DNA from: Basidiobolus meristosporus CBS 931.73
Taxonomy: Eukaryota; Fungi; Basidiobolomycota
NCBI GenBank assembly: GCA_002104905.1
Contig: MCFE01000136.1
Span: 93,825 to 157,824 of the forward strand
DNA: 64,000 bases
Reading direction: 5' to 3'
Part shown: positions 51,591 to 62,847 of the stretch, piece after piece
How positions within the stretch are numbered: the stretch's first letter is position 1
How the letters are laid out: every line of letters begins with the position of its first letter
Notes under the pieces: generated by a model
What the model was told of the DNA's origin: nothing
What the model saw: the letters and a program-made list of their open reading frames with translations, nothing else
Database searches by the model: none
Position numbers and translations under genes: made by a program

Positions 51591-53277
51591 CCCCTCCTCG
51601 TTCGAGATTACAAAGAATGCCTGACTTCTCTCGTTCTCTCCCCTGCCAATCAACTCTCACGGATATTTCGGAATAGGCTAGTCGACCGAGTCGCCATTTT
51701 CTTGCTCAGTGTTGATCCAGCGTTCTTGCAAGTGGCCTGGGTCAGCTTCTAGTGATATTTATACTAGGGCAATAGCGACTAGGCTTTCGCTGATGCAGTA
51801 ACAACAGCAGAGAGGGTGATGGCAACTGGAATGCTTGTTCGGCGTTCTCCAACAACGTTTCTGCAAGCTTTACCATCCGTATTGATAAGCCTATGATGGA
51901 TTTCCCATGAATATTTTTGGTTTACACTTTCTGTATTGTTACCATCCGTGGACTCTAATAAGTAAATAAACACTGATGTAACTGCGCTACCCTGTGCTCA
52001 TTGAATATTACCATGGCCCTGAATGACAACTGGTGATTCAGTGTAGACACGGCGCACTGGGGACTCAAATGCATCGAAGGTGGTTAAAAAGGAAGCTGTG
52101 GAAAGCATTGGGTCTCGCAGCTTTGAACCTATACTGCAAGACTTGGCCAAGGTGAAGTATACAATTATGCTAGCTATAAATAATATCCGGCGAGGGAGTG
52201 AGGGGTATGTACAGCACTGCGATGTATGCACTTGGTTAACTAGGTTTACACACAGGGTGTCTGTGGACATGGTGGGGGCTCGAAATTGGTGCTAATAGGG
52301 GGTTTCGATACAGAACGGCACATCTCTCATATCGATGATCCATCAGTCCCAAAAAAGTTCTCACCAACGACACGTGTTTCTTGTGAGTCTTTGTCTTGGT
52401 AATAAGAATAGCAGTAGTGGCTCTCGAGGATTTGAAACATCTATAACAGTAATGAAAAGGAAATTTAGCATATGGCGCTGTGGAATTGGGTTAGGCTAAG
52501 AATAATATCAGCCCTTACCGACAGTAGTACCCACTTTCGGCAAAGGTGGCTTTGAAGCTATCAACACATCTCAAATGTTTGTTTCACAAGGAAGTGAAGA
52601 ATCATACCCAGGCTGTTAGATTATTGAAACCCAGGATAGAAGCCTACGGATACATGGATGGATCAGTGGTTGTAGATGTCTCCAAGTGCGGTTCCTTGGA
52701 GGGGCAATAGAGAGTAGCCACCTCCATCAGTGATGCAGTCGATCATCAGGGTGTATACGAGGACGTGTAGTAGAGAGGGCGGTGGGCATACCATTACCAC
52801 ATATAGAAGGCTCGATGTTGAACAACCAAACACACAGCGGTTATTTTAAGATCAATAAGCAGTATTCTGGGGACTCATGTTTCCATAATAGTAATCCTTG
52901 GAATTTGAGACATGCGACTCCGATTTTTTTCGAGTTTTCAGAGTCGCGTTATCTAGAGGACAGAGTGCATGCTTGCACACTGGTTGGTGTTCGGACAGCT
53001 TCGTGGGAAATCTTTTCCTTGATAGTGAGCTCTCAAATGATCACATGGGCGTTTTCCATCTTTGGCCCATCAAATCATCCCTCACACAGGCCAAAATTAC
53101 TTCGTTTGGCATGGTCCAGTAATGAACAAACGTTTCCAACTAATAAATACTATGATGCTCAATGGGAGACTTTGTATTTTCAAGTATTGCGGATCTCCTC
53201 CAGCCTATCCTTTGTCGCTGTAGAGACCACGTCTTTGGGCTTGTTTCCAAATCTCATTCCCTCCACACAGACAGATA

Positions 53278-54148
53278 ATGGGTTACGATATTCCCATCGT
53301 ATCGCAAGATCCAAAGCTGCATCGTGAGGTGGGTCTCATGATTGCATCTACCTCGACACTTATTGCAATTAGCAATATATACCACAGCATCATAATGGTT
53401 ATACACAACAAGCATGCTATATTCAAGTTAAATCTGGTCGCTGCGGTGCTGCTACTCGCCAATTCAATAGCACAGCTATGCGCGTACTTCATAAGCGAAT
53501 TCCCTTGTACCTGGCGGTACCTGGTTTTCACCGTCTCCTTAACCATCAGCATAATATCTTTGGATACTATACTGTATCTCAAGGCAAAGTCGGTCCAAAC
53601 CAAACCATGGCTTATTACCATTATCTACGTCTTTCTGCGGCTGTTGCATCTGGTCGTTTGGGTCAAGCTCCTCCTTAACATCAGGATTATTAAAATAGGC
53701 GACAATTCATGCTCTAGTCTAGCAAGGACATATGAGATGCTAATATTTATTGCGTTGGAGACCATCATCATTATCTATCTGACCGTTCTTTTCTTAGCCA
53801 TCATCTATCTGCAGTACAAAGAGTCGCCAAGAACCATTTATTCCTTACTCTTGAAGGACGGATTGATATTTTCGCTGTCTATTTGCTTTATCTATTTCTT
53901 GATCACAATCTTCCAGCTGACCAATCTAATGAGTCTTAAAGACCTGTTCAGCATTGAGTGTAAGTAGTTTCTATTAGGTGTGCAGGCAATCCACGTACTA
54001 ATCTGTTATCGCAGGGGCTGTGTCTTCCAAGATTATGACTGATCAGGTGTGGAGATCTCATCTAAGACATGCCGATGGATTGAATCCCAGCGAGAGTGCC
54101 TGCGTGGATGCGTTTAATATGAATCTCACAGCAATAGAAATCAAGTGA
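53278..54148 (+). CDS. Multi-pass (about 7 TM) membrane protein, putative fungal receptor; two exons
   Basis: A series of hydrophobic helices, two extracellular Cys, and an LLKDG motif. An intron from 53960 to 54014 restores IEWAVSSKIM...AIEIK*. Confidence 0.7.
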
Positions 54149-57058
54149 AGATATCATATTACCAGATAATACCCCGGTCCTCAGCTTCGTTAGACGGCTC
54201 TCCTGTTACTAGCGTACTGTAACATAATGGCCATCAATCAGCTAGATAAATAATTGCTTTAGAGCCATAACCATTCAGTTTAGTCCCTGACTGCTCTGTG
54301 GGAAGTATGGCCTGAATGTGGACAGTGGTCGAAGCAGAATCCTCCAAATGTTGGTAGCTTGGTATTCCATTGCGAGATTATACCGGCGTGTGAGGGAATT
54401 ACTTGTTAAGGAAGCTCATGAAGAACGCTGAAGATTTACAAGTCAAATATATAGGCCAAGAATAAATTCCTCGTCATAGAGTAATGCCGCCATATGAAAT
54501 GGATGGTTCGTACCTTGGGCACTGACGAGTGGTATAATGAAATGGTGCCTTGGAAGACGCTACAAGATTATGGGAAAAGCAAAGTGATTATGTAAGTATT
54601 GACAGGCAAACTATAAAACAACCGGAGTTAGAGACTTGGGGTATGCTGGAAGAGAGTGTACCTAATTTTTTGGTGGTAGGTTGGTGGTTAACAAGAAAAT
54701 GTGTTCGTTGTACAAAGATGAATATCCATACAATTGGCAAGATATGTTTAATTGGCTACATGGTGATGTCGATCGATCTTCCTGGATCTGAATAACTTGG
54801 GGGATCGGCTTGTCGTTCTCACAACTCCAATGGTTTGTAGGAATGCCGTTTCAATATTCAAACTAAAGCCAGATATGTAGCCATGTGAGATAGATGGTTC
54901 TGTACAAACTGTGTATCTGCAATAGAGTCATACGATGAGCACTTCTTGAAGCTTGGTATTTATATTCTTGGCCTACTCCATATTGCAAATAGATGATCCA
55001 GTATCCCATTGGAAGAGGCATTGATGTTTCCAAATGATTACGAAAAGAAGTGCTATCAATTCGTTTCTTCGGCTTTCATAGTATCCACTTCTTCCAAACA
55101 CGACAAGAACTAAGCGACACTGGCATAAGAAGGGATGAGTTCTAGAGCTCATACATAGAATCATATTTTAGAGTAGCTAGTATGGAGTGTACTGAATCAA
55201 TAATTTAGGGTGTACTTCATCGAGTTATACACAAAGGTTCTACCAAAACGATGTCAGCCCGTTTTTGGAAAAAGTGGAATCGGTAAGCGGAGTCGCTATT
55301 CGTGTCAACAGGTGCATCATCAATGCTTCACAGATTATTTATCAATCCCAGATCCATCTGTATCTTGTGGTATTAAACCTGCAGTGCATGAACTGCTTTA
55401 CGTGGGAAATAACGGTTCAAATATAATGCACAATAAATGCCAAATTACTGCGGTAACCATGCTTAGTGAAGGCAAATTTAATATGGGAATGGTAGAAAAT
55501 CTAACTTACCGTTCTACTTATTTTTTAGCGAATGCATGCGACTGGTATACTAGTTTTCTTCACACAAAAAACATTATCTCCGTCTTATATTTCTTCTAGG
55601 ACAAAGCCGTTACTTCATTGATGGCAATGGTCGATGAATTAACGGTGACCGATTAGCCATGATCAGTAGAATCATTTGCTGATACCAAGACTTGGAACGG
55701 ACTGTTCGTATTGATGTGACTTGCCTGGATTAAGTAAATAACTTTAGCAAGATTAATCCAAGTTGAATATTGCTGATATTGTATTCTAATTGCATCGATC
55801 TGAAATGTCTACTGGGGAAGCAGTAGTATATTTTGCCAACAACTACCTGAAATATTTGAGCAAGTGATTAAAGGGAGTTCTGATCTTGTTAATTTCATTA
55901 TCTTGGAGTGTTCGCACTTGAGATATATATCTACAAAAGTAACCATGAAGTTTCAACCAGCTCATTGTTTTCCGGGCGAGATGTATATATGAGTTCTTGA
56001 ATCCTACAGCTTTAGAGAGATATTTCACATAGGTTTACCAAAGTTACTATCTTTGTGTTGTATTCAATGGTGAGCTTTTCCAGCACTTCCGACTGATTAG
56101 CCTCACAGATGTTTACCAATAGTATAGGATATTTATCTCTACCTACTAAATCCATAGTGACATCATGCATCTCTCTGATTTAGTGCTGTAGCATATATAT
56201 TGGCACTCAGAGATGTCAAATGTGTTCATGATCAAAACATGAACACGAAGTTTGAATTGGTATAGAAAGACAAGAACAACATAAGAAAGAAATATAGTCA
56301 ATGAAAAAATATATGTTAACCAGGTGATCTATCAGATAATAAAGCAACATCCCCTATGAGAATCTCACAGTTAGAATTCATTGGATTTTTAGCTAGTATT
56401 CAGCTGGTATTCTGATGGTATTTTGTTGGTGCTCAGCTGGTGATTCTGCTTCAAATTCTCAGTTGCAATTTTTGGTGGAAGTAACATGCAGCTGATTACC
56501 AAATTTGGTATGGGTGCTAGTTGGCCTATTCTGCCCCTGGAAAGGATGTCTGTTTATCTGCTGTGAAGCTAGTACCCAAGATATTAATAGTCATCACTTT
56601 TGCAAAAGTTAGAATTCAGCTGATATTATGATGGTATTCTGCTGCTCTTTTCTTAATTTTTTTCTAAGGGATCTCATGGCAGTGTAGGTGATCATGTGAA
56701 AAATATGAATAAAATAAACTTATTTGGGTAGACAACTAATAATGTGCTTTGTTGCAATAATCTTCTTGGTTTCAAATGGTTTTGTAAGAGATCAAAATGA
56801 ACATTTTCCTTATATGCATATCTATGTGGTTATGAAGAGGGAAAATGTGAGTCAGCAAAAGAGTGTTGATAGCATATTGATGAAAAGTTTTGCTAGCCCA
56901 GCTGTTGATATGGTTGGCAGAAAAAGTCAGGAGCTATTACATATGCTAACACAATATACCAGGTAGCAGGTAATACAAATTCACCATTAGAACTTAGAGG
57001 CACATTTTTGAAACCCAATATTGTTGTAAAACCTATCTGCCTTAGCCTTATAGATATG

Positions 57059-57407
57059 TTAGGGGGGAGACAGTCACCAACAGGTGAAATCTTTATTTCA
57101 GTTGAAACAAAGAAGCCAGTGCTACTGTTGTAGCTTTGATACAAGAGTGTGTAGCTGAGGGGAATTTGTAGGTAAGTTAATAAGAAGTGATAATAGTTCT
57201 TCAGTGCTCAAGACACTGTTCAGTGGGAAGGGGGGTAGCAAGAGAGGTAAGAATGACTTGTGAACAACATTAATGAGGGGAATGTGATAAGGATTGATAT
57301 TCATCATAAAGGGAGTGTGCTGCTGCAGATATTGCTGCCAAAGGTCTGTCAAGTACTTTAGGTAGGCCAGCTTGGGTTTTTCTGACTGCAGAATATAGTG
57401 AGCAAAC
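57059..57407 (-). mobile_element. Telomeric module T1: 5'-truncated 3' end of a B-related RT element
   Basis: The ORF fragment (QSEKPKL...LWQQYLQQHTPF...LPPFPLNSVLSTEEL) is homologous to the C-terminus of RT ORF 60526-61845 (KAEKPRL...MWQSYLQVHTPF...LPPKPLNFIFTPDEL). It ends in the shared hairpin motif + CCCCCCTAA. Confidence 0.8.
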
Positions 57408-57503
57408 TTAGGGGGAAGGAAAATTACCAAGGTAGGTGAAATCTTTACTTGATTTCAGACAAGTCTAACTACAAATAAAGAAGCCAGCTGGGAATAGAAG
57501 ATC
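57408..57503 (-). mobile_element. Telomeric module T2: 96-bp 3' terminus of the ORF1-only (D) element
   Basis: Near-identical to 62061-62155. Followed on the plus strand by AGGGTTAGGGTTAGGGG. Confidence 0.85.
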
Positions 57504-60437
57504 AGGGTTAGGGTTAGGGGACTAAATACTTTTATTGAATCTGATCAAGTATAGTAATACCATTTCAACTTGATTCAAGTTGGGTAGTGCATATTGTACA
57601 AAGAAAATATATCCATGGTAATATGAAGGTAAATATACTGCTTAAGTTGAGTTGAGTTCTGAAAAGAAATTTGTCAACAAATCAGGCTAGAAAATGAAGT
57701 AAAGCTGGGAGTTATCTGAAAGCAAAGCACCAAGGGAAAGTGTAGAGCTATACTACCACTTCCTGGAAGGCAGGGATCTCACAGGAAGGCAGAAGCTCAG
57801 GTCTAATTGCAGATATGATAGCAGAAAGTCTCTGGATGAGCTCCCTTTGTTTGTGAAATTGGAACAAAGATTGGGTATCTTTGAACCCAAAGCAGCTCTC
57901 TACATGAGAGAAGTAAAAATACCTGCTACAGTAGGGGCACTTGAAACCCAAGCAAAGTGTGTTCATTCTCCACCTTATGGCCTGGAAGGCAAAGAATGAA
58001 CTCCTGATGTAAAGGGATATGTCTGCTCCACTATGGGAATGTCTACTCTCATGAGAAATAAGTCCAACTCTGTCTTTTGAGCTAGTAACTCTGGAGATAT
58101 TCTCCAGCTTCCTTTTATGCATTGCTACAGAGAGAGGAATATGCTTTCTAGGTGGCTTGGCACTGTTGATGGCCAGATAATCTCTATAACCATCAGGAAA
58201 GTGTATCTTCTTCCTCACCAATGACTTTGGGGTGGCTTGGATTAAGTTGTTAGTAATCTTGTTGACTAAGATCTTCAAAGGATTATTGGGTGATGCTTTT
58301 GCATAGTGCTGCCCAAATCTGATACCTAAAGTCTCAAATCTGATTGGCACAGCCTCAATACCAGTCAGACTATGTATAAGCCTCTGATATTGCCTAGAAT
58401 GGTAGTCAGAAGCATTGACTACCCAGCCAATAGCTTCTTGCTGAAGAGCTTGTACTTTGGTAATGAGGTCAGGATCAGCAGCCAAACACATCATAGCAGC
58501 AGCATACTCCCAAGATGACCTCACAAAGGCCTTGAATAGCTGTAGCCTAATCAGGGGATGCCATCTGGTCCCTTTGAGCTGTAGGAATCTCAAAGTGGCA
58601 GAAGCCCTTTGAATACACTTTTCAGTGTAAGCTGCCCAAGAAATACCACTTTGACAAGTTGGGAGTCCAAGGTAGCTGTAAGAGGAAGGCTTAGGCAGAA
58701 GGGAGTTATTGAAGGAAATATTCCACTCTGGTGTAGGACCAATGTATGCTAATTTAGAAGTGTTCACTTCCATACCATTGGCAGTACACCATTGGCTGAC
58801 TTTACTCAGCAAGTGATTAGCTTCTGAGAGACTCCTAGGCAGCAATTGGATGTCATCAGCAAATAGCAGTGCAGAGGGCACAGCAGCTTCTGAGTCATTG
58901 GAGCAGAGACTTTGAGCCAGGTCATCAATGTAGACATTGAACAGGATTGGTGAAAGCAAAGATCCCTGGAATAGCCCCCTGAGCCTGGGAAATGGAGATG
59001 ATATCACACCATTAACACTAATTGTGGAATAGAAGGCTGAGAAGAGTGAGTGTACAATCCTCAGAAGCTGACAGGATACATTCTAGTTCTTTAGCTTCTT
59101 CAGGAGTATTGGGATCACTACCCTATCATATGCTTGCTTCAGGTCAATAAAGATTCTGTGTTTTCTTTCTTCATGACCTGATAGGTAAAAAGCATCATGA
59201 GATACAACTGAATGTGTTACAGTAGAGTAGCCACGCCCAAAGCCAGCTTGTGTAGGATGAAACTGGGCCCAGGGGGAGTCCTTCAAGTGGTTGAGGAGGC
59301 AGGCCTCAAATATTCTTCTAAGCATTGGTGTCAAGGCAATAGGCCTGAAGTTGTCAATGGTTGAGGAAGTAGACTTCTTTGGCAAAGGGTGAATGTGAGA
59401 GAGATTCCACTGTGAAGGGGTAAACCCTAGCCTGAGGCAATGTTGTGCATCAACATTTAAAACTTAGCCAATTTTACTCCGTTTGAAAGTCTAGTACCCT
59501 AACTGATTTTCCCTAACCCAAACATAACAAATCCCAGTTACAGTTTATTTTATCCCACCTCAGAATCTATTTTTAGCTATCACACCTGATCTATTTTCAA
59601 ATGGTCATTACATTATCAACCTATCTGCCAAGCCTTCCCAGGTGATTAGTCATCTGAGATCTATCCAACCACGGTGCAGTTGCCAAGACATCAGTTGATT
59701 GATGATGTAATTTTCATTTATCTTATGCACCTATGAACACCCAAATTTATCTCAATCAATCCAGTCCCTTGGCGCTTACTAAGTCAACTTGATCAGAAAA
59801 GTATAAATAAAGTTTACTGAACCTTTTGGTTTAGTGTGTGTCTCAACAAAATTAAGATTCTGTCTCAGCAAAAATACAAATCTAACAATTCCGTTCTAGT
59901 TTCTATCCAAGCCTAGTATATCTAGCACTCCAAAGAACACCAAGCCTAGCCTGCCTAGCAAACAAATATCATTGTCTTTATAGCCAACCCAGCTATATCC
60001 AAGACCAATATTAGATCAGAATCTTTCTGCTAATATTTCCGCCACTCTCTGACAATTTTAAGATTCTGCACTTAATTGTCCCTTTAGTTCAGTTAAACCA
60101 TTCAAGAGTTTTATTGCACTTTCTCTTGGATACAACAGGCAATGATGAAAGAAAATCTTCAAATCATCTATAAAAGCTGCATTTCTAGCCAAAACCTTGA
60201 GAATGCATATATGAAGGGGGTCCAGACCAGCAGACTTGGAAGAGGGATACTTGCTGATTGCAAGAAGAAGAGAATTGGCAGTGAACCATTGACTATCAGA
60301 GAGGGTGTCTTGCATGAAAGTCCCAAATGCTGGAACCCAGCCATCTTTAAGGCAATGAGCAGGTGGGTATGTGAATACTTCTTGGAAGTACTTGTATGCA
60401 TCATCCACAGCAGATATACCAGGATCTCTGGAACTGT
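57504..60437 (-). mobile_element. Telomeric module T3 (family A): 5'-truncated LINE-type RT element with C-terminal CCHC, broken by a solo LTR and one TAG
   Basis: After removing 59441-60137 and one TSD, a single frame reads KSAGLD...PSQWNLSHIHPLPKK...NFRPIALT...QAGF...FIDLKQAYD...KN*NVS...GLFQGSLLSPILFNVYIDDL...LFADDI...YLGLP...CPYCSRYFYFSHVESC. The 3' end reads AATAAAAGTATTTAGTCCCCTAACCCTAACCCT. Confidence 0.9.
59441..60137. mobile_element. Solo LTR (697 bp) inserted in the family A RT ORF
   Basis: TGTTG...CAACA termini and a perfect 5-bp TSD GGCAA (59436-40 and 60138-42). Paralog of 11683-12386. Confidence 0.92.
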
Positions 60438-61850
60438 TTAGGGAAGGGAAAGTCACCAAGTTGGTGAAATCTTTATTTGAGTTAAGAACTAATCTAAGTA
60501 CAAATAAAGAAGCCAATTAAGAGGTCTAGAACCTCTCTAATAAGTAATCTAATTTATGTTTTGTTTCATCTCTGATGTTTGTTGCAATAAAGTGAAGCTC
60601 ATCAGGGGTAAATATAAAATTCAGGGGTTTTGGGGGAAGTACAAATTGTAGATGTTTCTGATCAATATAATCCAAGACTGGAACCCAGCCTGGAATTAAG
60701 TGTAGTAGGAAAGGTGTGTGGACTTGTAAGTAGCTCTGCCACATAGATCTTAGATGGTCCTGAGCCAGTAGTCTTGGTTTCTCAGCTTTTTGAAGTTTTG
60801 AAGCAAGCTCTGTTACTACAGCAGAGCCAACCAGGGTGTGCCAGCAAGAAGATTTCAGGGAGGAGTTAGTTTGAAGCCATTGTTTGATGGAGGGGTTATG
60901 TGATTTCTGAAGTTTGATTAGGAAGGAAGCACAGAGATAGATCATTTGGATTTGGTATGGGTAGAACCCAAAAACTCCATTAGTTGCATGGATATAGGGA
61001 GATACTGGAAGATAAGGTACCAAGGATCTGATACACTGGTGGAGAAATTTATCCAGGCGGTGAAGTTCTCTGGAGGTTAGGGGTATAATGTGGAGACCAA
61101 ATTCAAGTACCGGCAGTACATACTGCTTCAGAAGTATAGGGATCTTTTGAATTGGAGTGTCTGGAGTGACTACTACCAGAAGCTTTTTGAGAGCCTCTTG
61201 GGCAAGACGGATCCTATTATTCAGGTGGAGCTTTGAGTCAATCCCATGTTGACAAAATGGCAGACCTAGATACATTGCAGTTTGTTGTGGCAGAATGCTA
61301 GTGTTCTGTATAGTTGTAGTGCACCCGAATGGGACTGTCTTGGAAATTGAGAGTGAGAGGTTGTTGGCAGCCAAGTACTTCTCAATGATGGCAGTGTCTG
61401 CTATGGGATTAGGAGTAGCAATCTTGATATCATCCGCATAGAGAGTTAGTAGTGGATAGGGAGAGTCTGGTGAGGGGCCTTTTGGAAATAAAGGAAAGTT
61501 GTGTAGGAATATCACAAATAGTAAGGGACCTAGTACAGATCCTTGGACTACTCCATTTGGAACCTCATAAGTCTCTGATGTACAACTTGGATGCAAAATT
61601 TTGGCTGAGTTCTCACAAAATAGAGAACGTACAAGAAGGGTCATTGGTAGTGTGGTAACTGCTAATAGCTTTCTCCAAAGCAGAGCTCTGTCCACAGAGT
61701 CAAAGGCTTTAGTAATGCCAAACAGAATGGTTGGCAATGAGAATTGAATTGAATGATCATGGCTTAGCACTACAGCCATATCCAAGGAGAGTTTGGGCAA
61801 GAAGCCAAACTGAGAAGGATGGAATGGATATAGTTGAGATTGCAAGGATC
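60438..61850 (-). mobile_element. Telomeric module T4 (family B): 5'-truncated LINE-type RT element
   Basis: ORF 60526-61845 contains HPSQFGF, ITKAFDSV, GVVQGSVLGPLLF, LYADDIKI and YLGLPF. No endonuclease or CCHC at the C-terminus. The short 3' UTR carries the shared hairpin motif + CCCTAA. Confidence 0.9.
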
Positions 61851-62060
61851 TTAGGGTTAGGGTTAGGGCTAGGGGGAGGGAAAGTCACCAAGTTGGTGAA
61901 ATCTTTATTTGAGTTAAGAACTAATCTAAGTACAAATAAAGAAGCCAATTAAGAGGTCTAGAACCTCTCTAATAAGTAATCTAATTTATGTTTTGTTTCA
62001 TCTCTGATGTTTGTTGCAATAAAGTGAAGCTCATCAGGGGTAAATATAAAATTCAGGGGT
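61851..62060 (-). mobile_element. Telomeric module T5: ~190-bp 3' terminus of family B preceded by (TTAGGG)3 CTAGGGGG
   Basis: 61877-62060 reads identical to about 60445-60630. Confidence 0.9.
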
Positions 62061-62190
62061 TTAGGGGGAGGGAAAGTCACCAAAGTAGGTGAAATCTTTA
62101 TTTGATTTCAGACAAGTCTAACTACAAATAAAGAAGCCAGCTGGGAATAGAAGATTCCCAAAGTAAACACTAAGTTGAATATGAATAAAT

Positions 62191-62847
62191 CTAAGCTAAA
62201 GTTAAGGCAGTATCCCAGAGTACACTGGAGTTCAGGTTCATGGGGGAGTGAAGTAGATAAGCTTGAGAGATATAATAATCTTTTAAGAAGTGGGTAACAG
62301 CAGGTGAAGGGGAGTTTTTGATAAGTGAAGTGAATCTTGAGATCAGAGATTCCTCTAATGAGAAGGTCTTGAAAACTGGAGAATCAGGAAACTTTTTGTC
62401 AAGTACTACCTCCAGAGTGTAATGGTTGATAAATCTCATGTTGACAATCTTGGATAAGTTGTAACCTTGTTGCTTGAGATACATCCTATGCTCAGATATA
62501 GGAATAAACTCAACATTGGCAAAGTAGCAGACAGCCCAGTCAGTAGCAGGAGGCAAATCAGAAGTGGCAGGAAACTTTCTTTTGGTCTTGGGAGGAGCAG
62601 CAGGATGTCTTGAGGAAGCAGGAACAGACTTTTTGACAACTTCAGAGTAGGAAGAGTGAGCAGGAGCAGATGATTCTTGGGGAGTCTTGTTGGCAGGAAG
62701 AGTTGGCTCAGGGACAATAGATTCTTGCAGATCAGAGAAGGCAGAAAAGAGCTTTTGAACTTGTTTCTTGAGTAGAGCATTTTCAGCTTCAACAAGTGCA
62801 AGCCTTTCCTCAAGGAAAGAAATCTGAAGGGAATGGAGTGAAGGCAT
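62191..62847 (-). CDS. ORF1-like protein, 218 aa (N-terminal coiled coil, SYSEVV motif, possible RRM-like region)
   Basis: Heptad pattern LEERLALVEAENALLKKQVQKL, a Pro/Ser-rich linker, and WAVCYFANV...YLKQQGYNLSKIVNMRFINHYTLEVVL. The ORF1 assignment rests on architecture and context only. Confidence 0.6.
   Translation of the reverse strand: MPSLHSLQISFLEERLALVEAENALLKKQVQKLFSAFSDLQESIVPEPTLPANKTPQESSAPAHSSYSEVVKKSVPASSRHPAAPPKTKRKFPATSDLPPATDWAVCYFANVEFIPISEHRMYLKQQGYNLSKIVNMRFINHYTLEVVLDKKFPDSPVFKTFSLEESLISRFTSLIKNSPSPAVTHFLKDYYISQAYLLHSPMNLNSSVLWDTALTLA

Noticed and set aside
60446-60516. N-terminus MASLFVLRLVLNSNKD of ORFs 60058-60516 and 61757-61948
   Set aside because: This is the 3' UTR of the upstream module read through the junction, so these ORFs are chimeric and not real starts.
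60555-60607. Hammerhead-like CTGATGAG...GAAAC on the minus strand (also at 61997-62040)
   Set aside because: I could not form stem II between the two core segments, and the words are the codons for PDE and DET in the RT C-terminus.
57504-61850. Penelope-like (Athena/Coprina/Terminon) identity for the telomeric RTs
   Set aside because: The polarity fits, but the RT motifs are LINE-type (RPIAL, QGS.L.P, YADD/FADD, CCHC) and lack the PLE-type G..MG and RY.DD signatures.
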